Positions 17,648 to 25,115 of a DNA stretch of 35,814 nucleotides are shown one piece after another. Position 1 is the first letter of the stretch. Every line of letters starts with the position of its first letter. The notes under the pieces were generated by a model that saw only the letters and a list, made by a program, of their open reading frames with translations, ran no database searches and was not told the DNA's origin. This DNA is from a virus (Duplodnaviria; Caudoviricetes), in the IMG/VR virus record IMGVR_UViG_3300025635_001387, positions 1 to 35,814 of that record. The stretch is one strand, 5' to 3'. Both the position numbers and the translations under genes were made by a program.

Positions 17648-17956
17648 ATGCAGACCAAGGTAACGAAGCTGACCGGCATGAACGTGCGTGCGTTGCGGGA
17701 GGAGTGCGCAGACCTGTGCACCACCACCGCCACGACCGCCACCTTCGACGGCGCACCGCTCGACGCGTACGAGGCGTTGCGGCACCGCATGGCCGACGTG
17801 AAGGTGCGGCACGGTGGCGTAGGCCACCCGCACGCGTCGCTGTCGGCAGTGCTGCGCAAGCTGCGGCAGCAGTCCCTGCCGCACAAGGCACCGTCGAAGC
17901 CCGTGCACCTGCCGGTGTTCGAAGGGTTGATGCGGGACCTGTTCAACGCACGGTGA
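17648..17956 (+). CDS. Hypothetical early protein
   Basis: GAGGAGG RBS; MQTKVTKLTG... Confidence 0.72.
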   Translation: MQTKVTKLTGMNVRALREECADLCTTTATTATFDGAPLDAYEALRHRMADVKVRHGGVGHPHASLSAVLRKLRQQSLPHKAPSKPVHLPVFEGLMRDLFNAR

Positions 17957-18037
17957 CGGTGAGTGCAGCATCGGCCCGATGGTCGGTGCTGCGCCCACCG
18001 TTCCCGACGGGAACGGACGGACAAGGAGACACACGCA

Positions 18038-18358
18038 ATGATGAGTGCAATCCCCAACGTCGTCGTGCACGACGCCATCCAGCACCTCGCCCCCATCTGG
18101 AACCTGGCGAACAGCAACGTGCAGCGCGAGGCCACCTACGCCGTGGTGCGTGCGTACACCAACAGGACCGACCTCGGCTACGAGATCGAGCGCCTGGAAC
18201 TGGAGTACGAGGTGCTGCTCGCCGCACGCGACCTGATCGTGCAGGACATGGTGCGCGAGGCGCACGGCACCGACGCAGCCGCCAACATCATCGCCGCCAA
18301 GAACAAGGCGTCCACGCTTGTGCGGTTCCTGAAGGCGGCACTCGCCAGCTTCGAGTGA
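18038..18358 (+). CDS. Hypothetical early protein (helical)
   Basis: AAGGAGACAC RBS; MMSAIPNV... Confidence 0.78.
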   Translation: MMSAIPNVVVHDAIQHLAPIWNLANSNVQREATYAVVRAYTNRTDLGYEIERLELEYEVLLAARDLIVQDMVREAHGTDAAANIIAAKNKASTLVRFLKAALASFE

Positions 18359-18432
18359 CGGAGGGTGCAGCACCGACCGACTGGCCGGTGCTGCTGCCCG
18401 CTGCAACTCGGCAGCCCTGAAGGGAGACACCA

Positions 18433-19089
18433 ATGGACAGCAACATTGTCGGGGTGATCGGCGCCAAGGGTGGCGTCGGCACCACCACCACCACCATCCT
18501 GCTCGCCCTCGCACACCACAAGCGGCTCAACGAGGAGAGCTTCGGCACACCACGTCGCGTGTACATCGTGGACTGCTGCGGCGATGTGGCCGCTGCCCTC
18601 GGGCAGTCGGCTGCACCGTGGGGCGAGCGCGTCGAGGTCAAGCCCGGCCTGGTCGTCGTGCCGTTGGCCTCGCTCGGCACCAACGAGGTCGAGCGCCACG
18701 GCAGGCTGCGCACGCTCACAGCGTTCGGCGCACCCGTGTTCGTGGACTGCGGTGCCATCACCGACGCCAGGACCGACGCGCAGGTCATCTGGAACGACAT
18801 CGCCACCGAGCGGGTCGCGGTGATGCGCAACGACTACCTCGGCCTGCGGTCGTGGGTGCAGCGCACGCACGCCCCGTTCCACGTCGGCCTGTGTGTGGTC
18901 GAGCCGAACCGTGCGCTCAGCATGACCGACGTGCGGCAGGTCGTGGGCGGCGTCGTGTACGAGGTCGCGCACCTCGACGGTCTGGCTCGCGCGGTCGACG
19001 CCGGAGTGCTTGCGACGCGCGTGCCGTCGCAGGTGCACCGCTGGGACAGCGCGGTGCTGGACAGCCTGGCCCTGACGCCTGCCCGGTAG
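18433..19089 (+). CDS. MinD/ParA/CpaE(Ssd)-like P-loop protein
   Basis: Deviant Walker A VIGAKGGVGTTT, IVD..GD..AALG, VFVDCG, C-terminal LARAVDAGVL. GGGAGACAC RBS. Confidence 0.75.
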   Translation: MDSNIVGVIGAKGGVGTTTTTILLALAHHKRLNEESFGTPRRVYIVDCCGDVAAALGQSAAPWGERVEVKPGLVVVPLASLGTNEVERHGRLRTLTAFGAPVFVDCGAITDARTDAQVIWNDIATERVAVMRNDYLGLRSWVQRTHAPFHVGLCVVEPNRALSMTDVRQVVGGVVYEVAHLDGLARAVDAGVLATRVPSQVHRWDSAVLDSLALTPAR

Positions 19090-19306
19090 CGGCGGGTGCA
19101 GCACCCGCAGCGGCTCTACGGGCCGTTCTAAGGCGTTCTCCCAGGTGCCACCGCCGCAATGTGGCGGCAGCACCGCCGCAGTGCGGCAGAACGCCCTATG
19201 GACGCCCTAGCGACCGACCTGCGGGTGCTGCTGCCCGCTACCACCCGGTAGCACCACCTGCACTACCCGCTACCGCCCGGTAGCACCGACAAGGAGACAC
19301 ACAGCC

Positions 19307-19831
19307 ATGACCTACGAAACAACCACCAACGTCACGACGCCGTGCACCCTGCGAGTGCAGATCTCGCGCGGTGCCGTGGCCGACGGACCCGACCGGCTCG
19401 CGCTCGACATGCTGCGCGACGCCAGCACCAACGCCACGACGATCGTGGTGGACGACCTGACCCCCGAGCAGACCCGCGGGCTGCTCGACGCCATCTGCCG
19501 GGACAAGGGCATGCCGACCTACACCAACCGAGTGGCGGCGGCAGCACACAACGCGAACGACATGTTCGCCGCCCGCCGCGAGCTGGACGAGTTCAAGCAG
19601 CGCGTGATCGACACCACCGTCGAGTGGGAGAAGGGTTGCGACGACGGCAAGCGCGAGTTCCTGGACATGCTCGACTTGGAGTGGCCCGCCAAGGAGTACC
19701 GGGTCGAGGTCGTGTTCACCACGGGTGCCCGGTTCGACACCGACGATCTGGAGTCGGCGGTCAGCAACGCCGTCGAGCAGGAGATCGACGGCGACATCGA
19801 CATCGACTGGACCACCTGCGAGGAACGGTGA
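19307..19831 (+). CDS. Hypothetical protein
   Basis: AAGGAGACAC RBS; 174 aa, acidic C-terminus. Confidence 0.8.
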   Translation: MTYETTTNVTTPCTLRVQISRGAVADGPDRLALDMLRDASTNATTIVVDDLTPEQTRGLLDAICRDKGMPTYTNRVAAAAHNANDMFAARRELDEFKQRVIDTTVEWEKGCDDGKREFLDMLDLEWPAKEYRVEVVFTTGARFDTDDLESAVSNAVEQEIDGDIDIDWTTCEER

Positions 19832-20016
19832 TGCGCGTCTGGACATTGCGGGTCCTGCTGGACGACATGGAAGGTCCGCAGGACGAGAGCGTCGCAGAGA
19901 TGTGTGAGCGTGTGGCCTTCGCCTTGTGCGAAGGCCACGTTCGCATGGAAGGCGGCGGCATCAACGGCGAGACACGCATCGTCGCCGAGTGGTTCGTTAC
20001 GGATGAAGACGAGTAG
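19831..20016 (+). CDS. Hypothetical protein (61 aa)
   Basis: TGATG overlap; MRVWTLRVLLDD... Confidence 0.65.
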   Translation: MRVWTLRVLLDDMEGPQDESVAEMCERVAFALCEGHVRMEGGGINGETRIVAEWFVTDEDE

Positions 20017-20050
20017 CAGGACGCTCCGACTCCAACCCGGGAGGCATGTA

Positions 20051-20995
20051 ATGAAGCGAGTGGGGAAAGCGGAAAGCGAGTGGCGGATTTGCGGGTACTG
20101 CGCGGGTGCACCCCGTGCAGCAACCCGCGAGTTGGAACACCTGCGGTGCCCTGGCGAACGGTGCGACTGCGCCGCCGCCGACCACAAGCCCGCAGGCGTA
20201 CTGCGCGAACGGCAGGCGGCGTACTGCCAGATGCGCCCCGACGAGGCCGCAGAGCGCGACCCCGGCCTGCACGAAAGCGTCGTGCGCTACGCCGAGCGAT
20301 GGTCCGACTACGGCAACAACGCCAAGGTCGAAGCCATCCGCACCCTGCGGGCAACGATGGCCGACATGAAGGGCACGACCAAGAAGCTGGCCGAGGTGCG
20401 CAAGATGTGCACCGACGCCGGAGCAAGTGCGGACGCAGCCAAGAAGGCAACGTCCGTTGACAAGGCTGTTGCTCTGCTAGCGGAGGCTCGGGCGTTGCAA
20501 ACCGCCAAGGCCGTCGCGAGCGAGCAGCAGACCAAGGTAGAGCGGCTGCGGAAGTACCGCACCGCCCGATCCGAAGGGGAGACACCGATGGCAGGCAAGA
20601 GCAAGAGCAGCAAGACCACGGCGAGCAAGTCCGCCGGCGGTCGGTCGAAGATGTCCGAGGACGACATCCGCTCGTTCGTAACGAGCCAGTTGCAGCAGGA
20701 CGGCACGATGTCGGCGGCTGCGATGGTGCGCAACCTGCGAGCAGGCGGCGGGTCGTGCAGCGGCGGCAAGATCGCACGGATGCGTGCCGAGCTGCTGGTG
20801 AAGGGCGTGACGCCGAAGAAGGCGACGGCTGCACCGGCGAAGAAGGCGACGGCTGCGAAGGCCACCGCCGCGAAGAAGGCACCGGCCAAGAAGGTCGCTG
20901 CGAAGAAGGCGACGCCGCGCAAGGCGACCGCCGCGAAGAAGGCGACGCCGAAGAAGGCACCGGCCAAGAAGAAGGCTGCTGCGAAGCGCAGCTGA
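20051..20995 (+). CDS. Protein with N-terminal Cys/His module and C-terminal histone-H1-like (AKK/PAKK) tail; probable second start at 20588
   Basis: CGYC..H..C....CDC at the N-terminus; KKATAAPAKKATAAK... repeats at the C-terminus; internal GGGGAGACACCG-ATG. Confidence 0.78.
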   Translation: MKRVGKAESEWRICGYCAGAPRAATRELEHLRCPGERCDCAAADHKPAGVLRERQAAYCQMRPDEAAERDPGLHESVVRYAERWSDYGNNAKVEAIRTLRATMADMKGTTKKLAEVRKMCTDAGASADAAKKATSVDKAVALLAEARALQTAKAVASEQQTKVERLRKYRTARSEGETPMAGKSKSSKTTASKSAGGRSKMSEDDIRSFVTSQLQQDGTMSAAAMVRNLRAGGGSCSGGKIARMRAELLVKGVTPKKATAAPAKKATAAKATAAKKAPAKKVAAKKATPRKATAAKKATPKKAPAKKKAAAKRS

Positions 20996-21001
20996 CCGGT
21001 C

Positions 21002-21107
21002 GCCGCCCGGCGCGCCACTGTGTCTCCCGGCGCGTCGGGCGGCACCCAACGCAAGGGAGACAACACATCCGCACGGTAGGGGCGTCGCATGGCGTCCCTA
21101 CCGTGCG
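21002..21107 (+). promoter_or_regulatory. Intergenic RNA element: 15-bp hairpin with anti-RBS loop, orphan GGGAGACA, second 17-bp hairpin
   Basis: Stem GCCGCCCGGCGCGCC/GGCGCGTCGGGCGGC with loop ACTGTGTCTCCC; GGGAGACA at 21055-21062; hairpin at 21070-21107. Confidence 0.6.
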
Positions 21108-21129
21108 ACCACCCACACCAAGAGGCGGC

Positions 21130-21363
21130 ATGAAGCTGGAAACCTACCAACTCATCGACGGCATGATCGCGTTCTACGGCAACGTCGCCGCGCTCATGCA
21201 CCAAGGCGTACCCGTCGACATGTTCGACCCCGAGATGCTCGACTTCGCCAAGCGGGTCGCTGCACTGACTGGCCTGCCGTGGCCGATACCCGAAGACGCC
21301 AACCACTGCCGCAACATCGTCCGCATCTCGCGGCGGCTGTTGCGCGAACGCCAAGACGCTTGA
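21130..21363 (+). CDS. Hypothetical protein (77 aa)
   Basis: GAGG RBS; MKLETYQLIDG... Confidence 0.72.
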   Translation: MKLETYQLIDGMIAFYGNVAALMHQGVPVDMFDPEMLDFAKRVAALTGLPWPIPEDANHCRNIVRISRRLLRERQDA

Positions 21364-21381
21364 ACCAACCAGGGAGACACA

Positions 21382-23487
21382 ATGGACATCGCAACCCAAG
21401 AGATCGACGCCCTGCCGCACGTCGTCGTGCACCTGCCGCAATGGTTGCGGCGCAACGAAGGCCTCGCCTCCTGCAAGATGGAGGGCCACATCGTGCACCG
21501 CCGCGCACGGCAGGTGTTCTTCGTTGGGCACGCATCGACCACGCCGAGCGACTACTGCCACCGTTGCAGCCGCGAGATCACCAACCCGGTCAGCCGCATC
21601 GTCGGTTACGGCCCGTACTGCTCCGACGAGCTTGGCATTCCCCGCAACCCCGACCCGGCACTAATCGACGAGTACCGCAAGCATGTCGAGTCGGTGGTGT
21701 GGCGTGGATGGTTGCCCATCTCGCGGATCTTCGTACGCGACGGCGACGACGCCGAGGTCGATGTTGCAGACTTGCCGGTCATCGAAGAGCCGCAGCGAGA
21801 GGGGAACGCAATGCACCACGAAGCAGACGCACCGGCAGCACCGCCGCCGGTTGCAGTGTCGCTGACCTTGGACGGCGACTGGATCGAAGTGCGGTCGCCG
21901 TTCAAATACAAGGACGCCATCAAGGCAATCCCCGGTCGGAGGTGGGACGGCACCAAGAAGTGTTGGAAGCTGCCCGCCTCGTCGGAGTCGGCGGCACGCG
22001 CCCGCGACCTGCTCGCCAACGAACGCCCGACCATCGACGCCGGTACCGAGGCGCTGCTCGACCAGCACTCGGTGCGCACCGAAGCGGCGGTGCACAAGCA
22101 GACCGACGACCTGCCGCCCGTACCGTGCAGCGCCACCGACGCGTGGACGCACCAACGGCAGGCGTACTGGTTCGCCAAAGACCTCGACGCCGCCGGGCTG
22201 TTCATGGACATGGGCACCGGCAAGAGCAAGGTGACCGTCGACCTCATCGTGAACCGCGACCACCAACGCACACTGGTCGTGTGCCCGAAGTCGGTGGTCG
22301 GCGTGTGGCCGCGAGAGTTCGCACGCCACGCGGGCAAGCTGCCCGTGGTCGCTGCACCACGCAAGGGTGGCACCGCGAAGCGTGCCGCCGAGATCAGGGC
22401 TGCACTGGAGCAGACCGCCGGGCCGTTGGTCGTGGTCGTGAACTACGAGGCCGCATGGCGCGGCGACCTTGCCGACCTGCTGCTCTCGGTCGAGTGGGAC
22501 TGCGTGGTGCTGGACGAGTCGCACCGCATCAAGGCACCCGGCGGCAAGGCGAGCATGTTCGCTGCGAAGCTCGGGCGCATTGCCAAGACCCGCCTCGCAC
22601 TGACCGGCACGCCGATGCCGCACAGCCCGCTCGACGTGTACGCGCAGTTCCGCTTCTTGGACCGTGGCATCTTCGGCACATCGTTCGCAGCGTTCCGTGC
22701 ACGCTTCGCAGTGATGGGCGGGTACGGCGGGCACGAAGTCCTTGGCTACCAACGGCAGGACGAACTGGCCGAGCGCATGTACCGCATCGGCTTCCGTGTG
22801 ATGGCCGACGATGTGCTTGACCTGCCGCCCGTGCAGCACATCGTGCGCACTTGCGAGCTGGAGCCGAAGGCCCGCAAGGTCTACACCGACTTGGCCGACA
22901 ACCTGTTTGCCGAGGTCGATGCGGGCACGGTGACGGCAGCTAACGCACTCGTTCGGCTGCTGCGTCTGCAACAAGTGACGAGCGGACTGCTGCCCGCCGA
23001 GGACGGTGCAGGCGAAGCAGTGGTCGACGTGATCTCCACGGCGAAGCGCGATCTACTAGCCGACCTGCTGGCCGACGTTGCCGAGGACGAACCGGTCGTT
23101 GTGTTCTGCCGGTTCACACACGACCTCGACAACGTGCGGGCCGTGTGCACCAACCTCGGACGTAGGTACGGCGAGTTGAGCGGCAACGCACGCGACGGCC
23201 TCGCCGAGGACGCCACCATGTCGCCCGACATCGACGTGATCGGCGTGCAGATCCAGTCGGGTGGTGTTGGCATCGACCTGACCCGTGCGCGATACGCGGT
23301 CTACTACAGCACCGGCTTCTCGCTCGGAGATTACGAGCAGTCGTTGAAGCGGGTGCACCGTCCCGGCCAGACCAGGCCGACGACCTACTACCACCTGCAA
23401 GTCGAGGACAGCATCGACGGCAAGGTGTACGAGGCGCTTCAGGCGCGTAAGGACGTGGTCGAGTCCGTACTCGGCCTCGCAGACTAG
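21382..23487 (+). CDS. SNF2-family (SF2) helicase with N-terminal Zn-finger (DUF6011-like) and HARP-like segment
   Basis: MDMGTGKS, VVCPKS, VNYE, VLDESH, LALTGTP, GVGIDL, QSLKRVHRPGQ. N-terminal CHRC..ITNPVS...GYGPYC; IKAIPGRRWDGTKKCW. Confidence 0.92.
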   Translation: MDIATQEIDALPHVVVHLPQWLRRNEGLASCKMEGHIVHRRARQVFFVGHASTTPSDYCHRCSREITNPVSRIVGYGPYCSDELGIPRNPDPALIDEYRKHVESVVWRGWLPISRIFVRDGDDAEVDVADLPVIEEPQREGNAMHHEADAPAAPPPVAVSLTLDGDWIEVRSPFKYKDAIKAIPGRRWDGTKKCWKLPASSESAARARDLLANERPTIDAGTEALLDQHSVRTEAAVHKQTDDLPPVPCSATDAWTHQRQAYWFAKDLDAAGLFMDMGTGKSKVTVDLIVNRDHQRTLVVCPKSVVGVWPREFARHAGKLPVVAAPRKGGTAKRAAEIRAALEQTAGPLVVVVNYEAAWRGDLADLLLSVEWDCVVLDESHRIKAPGGKASMFAAKLGRIAKTRLALTGTPMPHSPLDVYAQFRFLDRGIFGTSFAAFRARFAVMGGYGGHEVLGYQRQDELAERMYRIGFRVMADDVLDLPPVQHIVRTCELEPKARKVYTDLADNLFAEVDAGTVTAANALVRLLRLQQVTSGLLPAEDGAGEAVVDVISTAKRDLLADLLADVAEDEPVVVFCRFTHDLDNVRAVCTNLGRRYGELSGNARDGLAEDATMSPDIDVIGVQIQSGGVGIDLTRARYAVYYSTGFSLGDYEQSLKRVHRPGQTRPTTYYHLQVEDSIDGKVYEALQARKDVVESVLGLAD

Positions 23488-23494
23488 GAGGCAC

Positions 23495-23932
23495 ATGCAG
23501 ACATTCGTACCAACCGACGACTTCGTTACCTGCGCCCGCGTGTTGGACCGACAACGACTTGGCAAGCAACGAGTTGAAGGCATCCAAATCATGCGCACGC
23601 TGCTCGGCCTTGCCAACGGGCCGAAGCGACAAGCGGCGATGCGTATGTGGGCAGGCAACGAAGGTGCCCTGCACCACTACGTCACGGTCATGTGCGACGA
23701 GTGGGTTGCACGCGGCTACGACAACACAAAGTGTGCCGAGCATCTACGGCAACTGCACCCGCTGATTCCCACGACGGCGTGGGTCTTACCCGAATGGGTA
23801 GGCGACCCCGAAGTGCACCGGTCGCACCGGTCGCGGCTGCTGGCAAAGATGCCCGAGCACTACCGACAGTTCTGGCCCGACGAAGACGACACGCTCGACT
23901 ACGTCTGGCCGCGTCCGCTAGTCCGAGAGTAA
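23495..23932 (+). CDS. MSMEG_6728-family / pyrimidine-dimer DNA glycosylase (EndoV-like)
   Basis: MQTFVP...LDRQRLGKQRVE...MWAG...EWVARGY...PEWVGDPEVHRSHRSRLLAK...YVWP. Confidence 0.85.
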   Translation: MQTFVPTDDFVTCARVLDRQRLGKQRVEGIQIMRTLLGLANGPKRQAAMRMWAGNEGALHHYVTVMCDEWVARGYDNTKCAEHLRQLHPLIPTTAWVLPEWVGDPEVHRSHRSRLLAKMPEHYRQFWPDEDDTLDYVWPRPLVRE

Positions 23933-23942
23933 GGAGACACTC

Positions 23943-24329
23943 ATGCCGTTAGGCATCATCATTACCACCGACAAGCAAGTCACGTTGCGCGACATCGACG
24001 GCCTTGCCGACATGCAAGACATCGTGGGTGGCCTCATCGAACCGATCAGCATGGGTTGGATGTTGGGCCACATGTACGTCAACGAAGAAGGCATGTACCG
24101 CGAGGAGTGCACGTTCAACAGCATCGCCAGCGATGTGATGACCCCGTACGTCTACAACCGGGGCGGCTACATGCCGATCCTCGGCAATGCGTTCATCCTC
24201 GGGGCGCTGCACCCCAACGGATGGCACCACGACGTGTCGCACGAAATGCGTGCGTGGGTGTGCAAGGTCGCACGCGATGCGGGCGGCACGATCACCAACG
24301 ACATGCTCCTACCGCGAAAGAAGGCGTGA
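23943..24329 (+). CDS. DUF3846-like phage protein
   Basis: LADMQDIVGGLIE...MYVNEEG...N..AS...ILGNAFILG; AAGGAGACAC RBS. Confidence 0.75.
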   Translation: MPLGIIITTDKQVTLRDIDGLADMQDIVGGLIEPISMGWMLGHMYVNEEGMYREECTFNSIASDVMTPYVYNRGGYMPILGNAFILGALHPNGWHHDVSHEMRAWVCKVARDAGGTITNDMLLPRKKA

Positions 24330-24661
24330 TGTTCCAGTACCTACGCAACGAGCACGGCGAGTGGAAGAACTTCCAACCCGACGGCGAACACAACGGATGG
24401 ATCGTCATCCAAGAACCCGACGGCGACAGCGACGGCGAGCGGCAAGTGTGGACGTGGGAGACGACCGCCCATTGGGGACAGGACGACACCGGGCTGCCCC
24501 ACGAACGGACGCTCGGGTTCGGCGGCTCGCTAACACGCGCCGAGGCGCAAGCGCGCGCCGAGGCGGTGTTGCTCTCGGCAATCGCCGCAGAGCGGCACAA
24601 CGAAGCACAAGACCTGCGGCTGCAAGAAGTGCAGGCGCACGACGCAAGGGAGACGCAATGA
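24329..24661 (+). CDS. Hypothetical protein
   Basis: TGATG overlap; MFQYLRNEHGEW... Confidence 0.7.
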   Translation: MFQYLRNEHGEWKNFQPDGEHNGWIVIQEPDGDSDGERQVWTWETTAHWGQDDTGLPHERTLGFGGSLTRAEAQARAEAVLLSAIAAERHNEAQDLRLQEVQAHDARETQ

Positions 24662-24963
24662 ATGACAAGGCACGCAAGATCGTGACCACCGCCATCGCAA
24701 ACATGGAGAAGCGGACGCCGCTGATGATCGGTGCTGCCAGCGCCGACAGCAGCCTGCCGTTCCCCATCGTGCGGTACGAGAAGATCGACACGGTGTACCC
24801 GTCCCTGTCGAGCGGCGAGCAGGCACTGCTCGACATCCTGCTGTCGCTCGACGGGTACAAGGAAGTCAGCCTCAGGTTTGCGCTGATGAAGATGGACGAC
24901 GCCACACGCGACTACGCCCTCGACATCATCGCTGCCGTAATCGACGCGCAAAGGGGATGGTGA
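24658..24963 (+). CDS. Hypothetical protein
   Basis: GGGAGACGC RBS, ATGA overlap; MNDKARKIV... Confidence 0.72.
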   Translation: MNDKARKIVTTAIANMEKRTPLMIGAASADSSLPFPIVRYEKIDTVYPSLSSGEQALLDILLSLDGYKEVSLRFALMKMDDATRDYALDIIAAVIDAQRGW

Positions 24964-25115
24964 TGAACATGATTACCCGCAAAGAGGCGACGGTCATGCT
25001 GGCGTTAGTGATCGCATTGCTCGCGCTCATGTACGTCATGGGCCTGGAAGATCCGGCGATGCCGTACTGCCCGACGAGCGGGCAGCGAACGACGCAGTGT
25101 GCAGGGAGGCGGTAA
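24963..25115 (+). CDS. Small single-TM membrane protein (50 aa)
   Basis: Hand translation MNMITRKEATVMLALVIALLALMYVMGLEDPAMPYCPTSGQRTTQCAGRR; overlaps both neighbours by 1 nt. Confidence 0.6.
   Translation: MNMITRKEATVMLALVIALLALMYVMGLEDPAMPYCPTSGQRTTQCAGRR

Larger units (their letters stand above)
16474..19240 (+). repeat. Five related intergenic hairpins (GACGG..RGTGCRGCA.C...GTGCTGC-like) at 16474-16525, 17221-17266, 17955-18002, 18357-18403, 19087-19240
   Basis: Read directly. Long stems, most with several G-T(U) pairs, each between ORFs and upstream of a GGAGACAC RBS. Confidence 0.8.

Noticed and set aside
11239-19089. ParA (18433) plus ParB (11239) as a plasmid-prophage partition system
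   Set aside because: They are far apart on opposite strands. The ParB has only the N-terminal domain and is coupled to dpdA, and the ATPase looks CpaE/Ssd-like.
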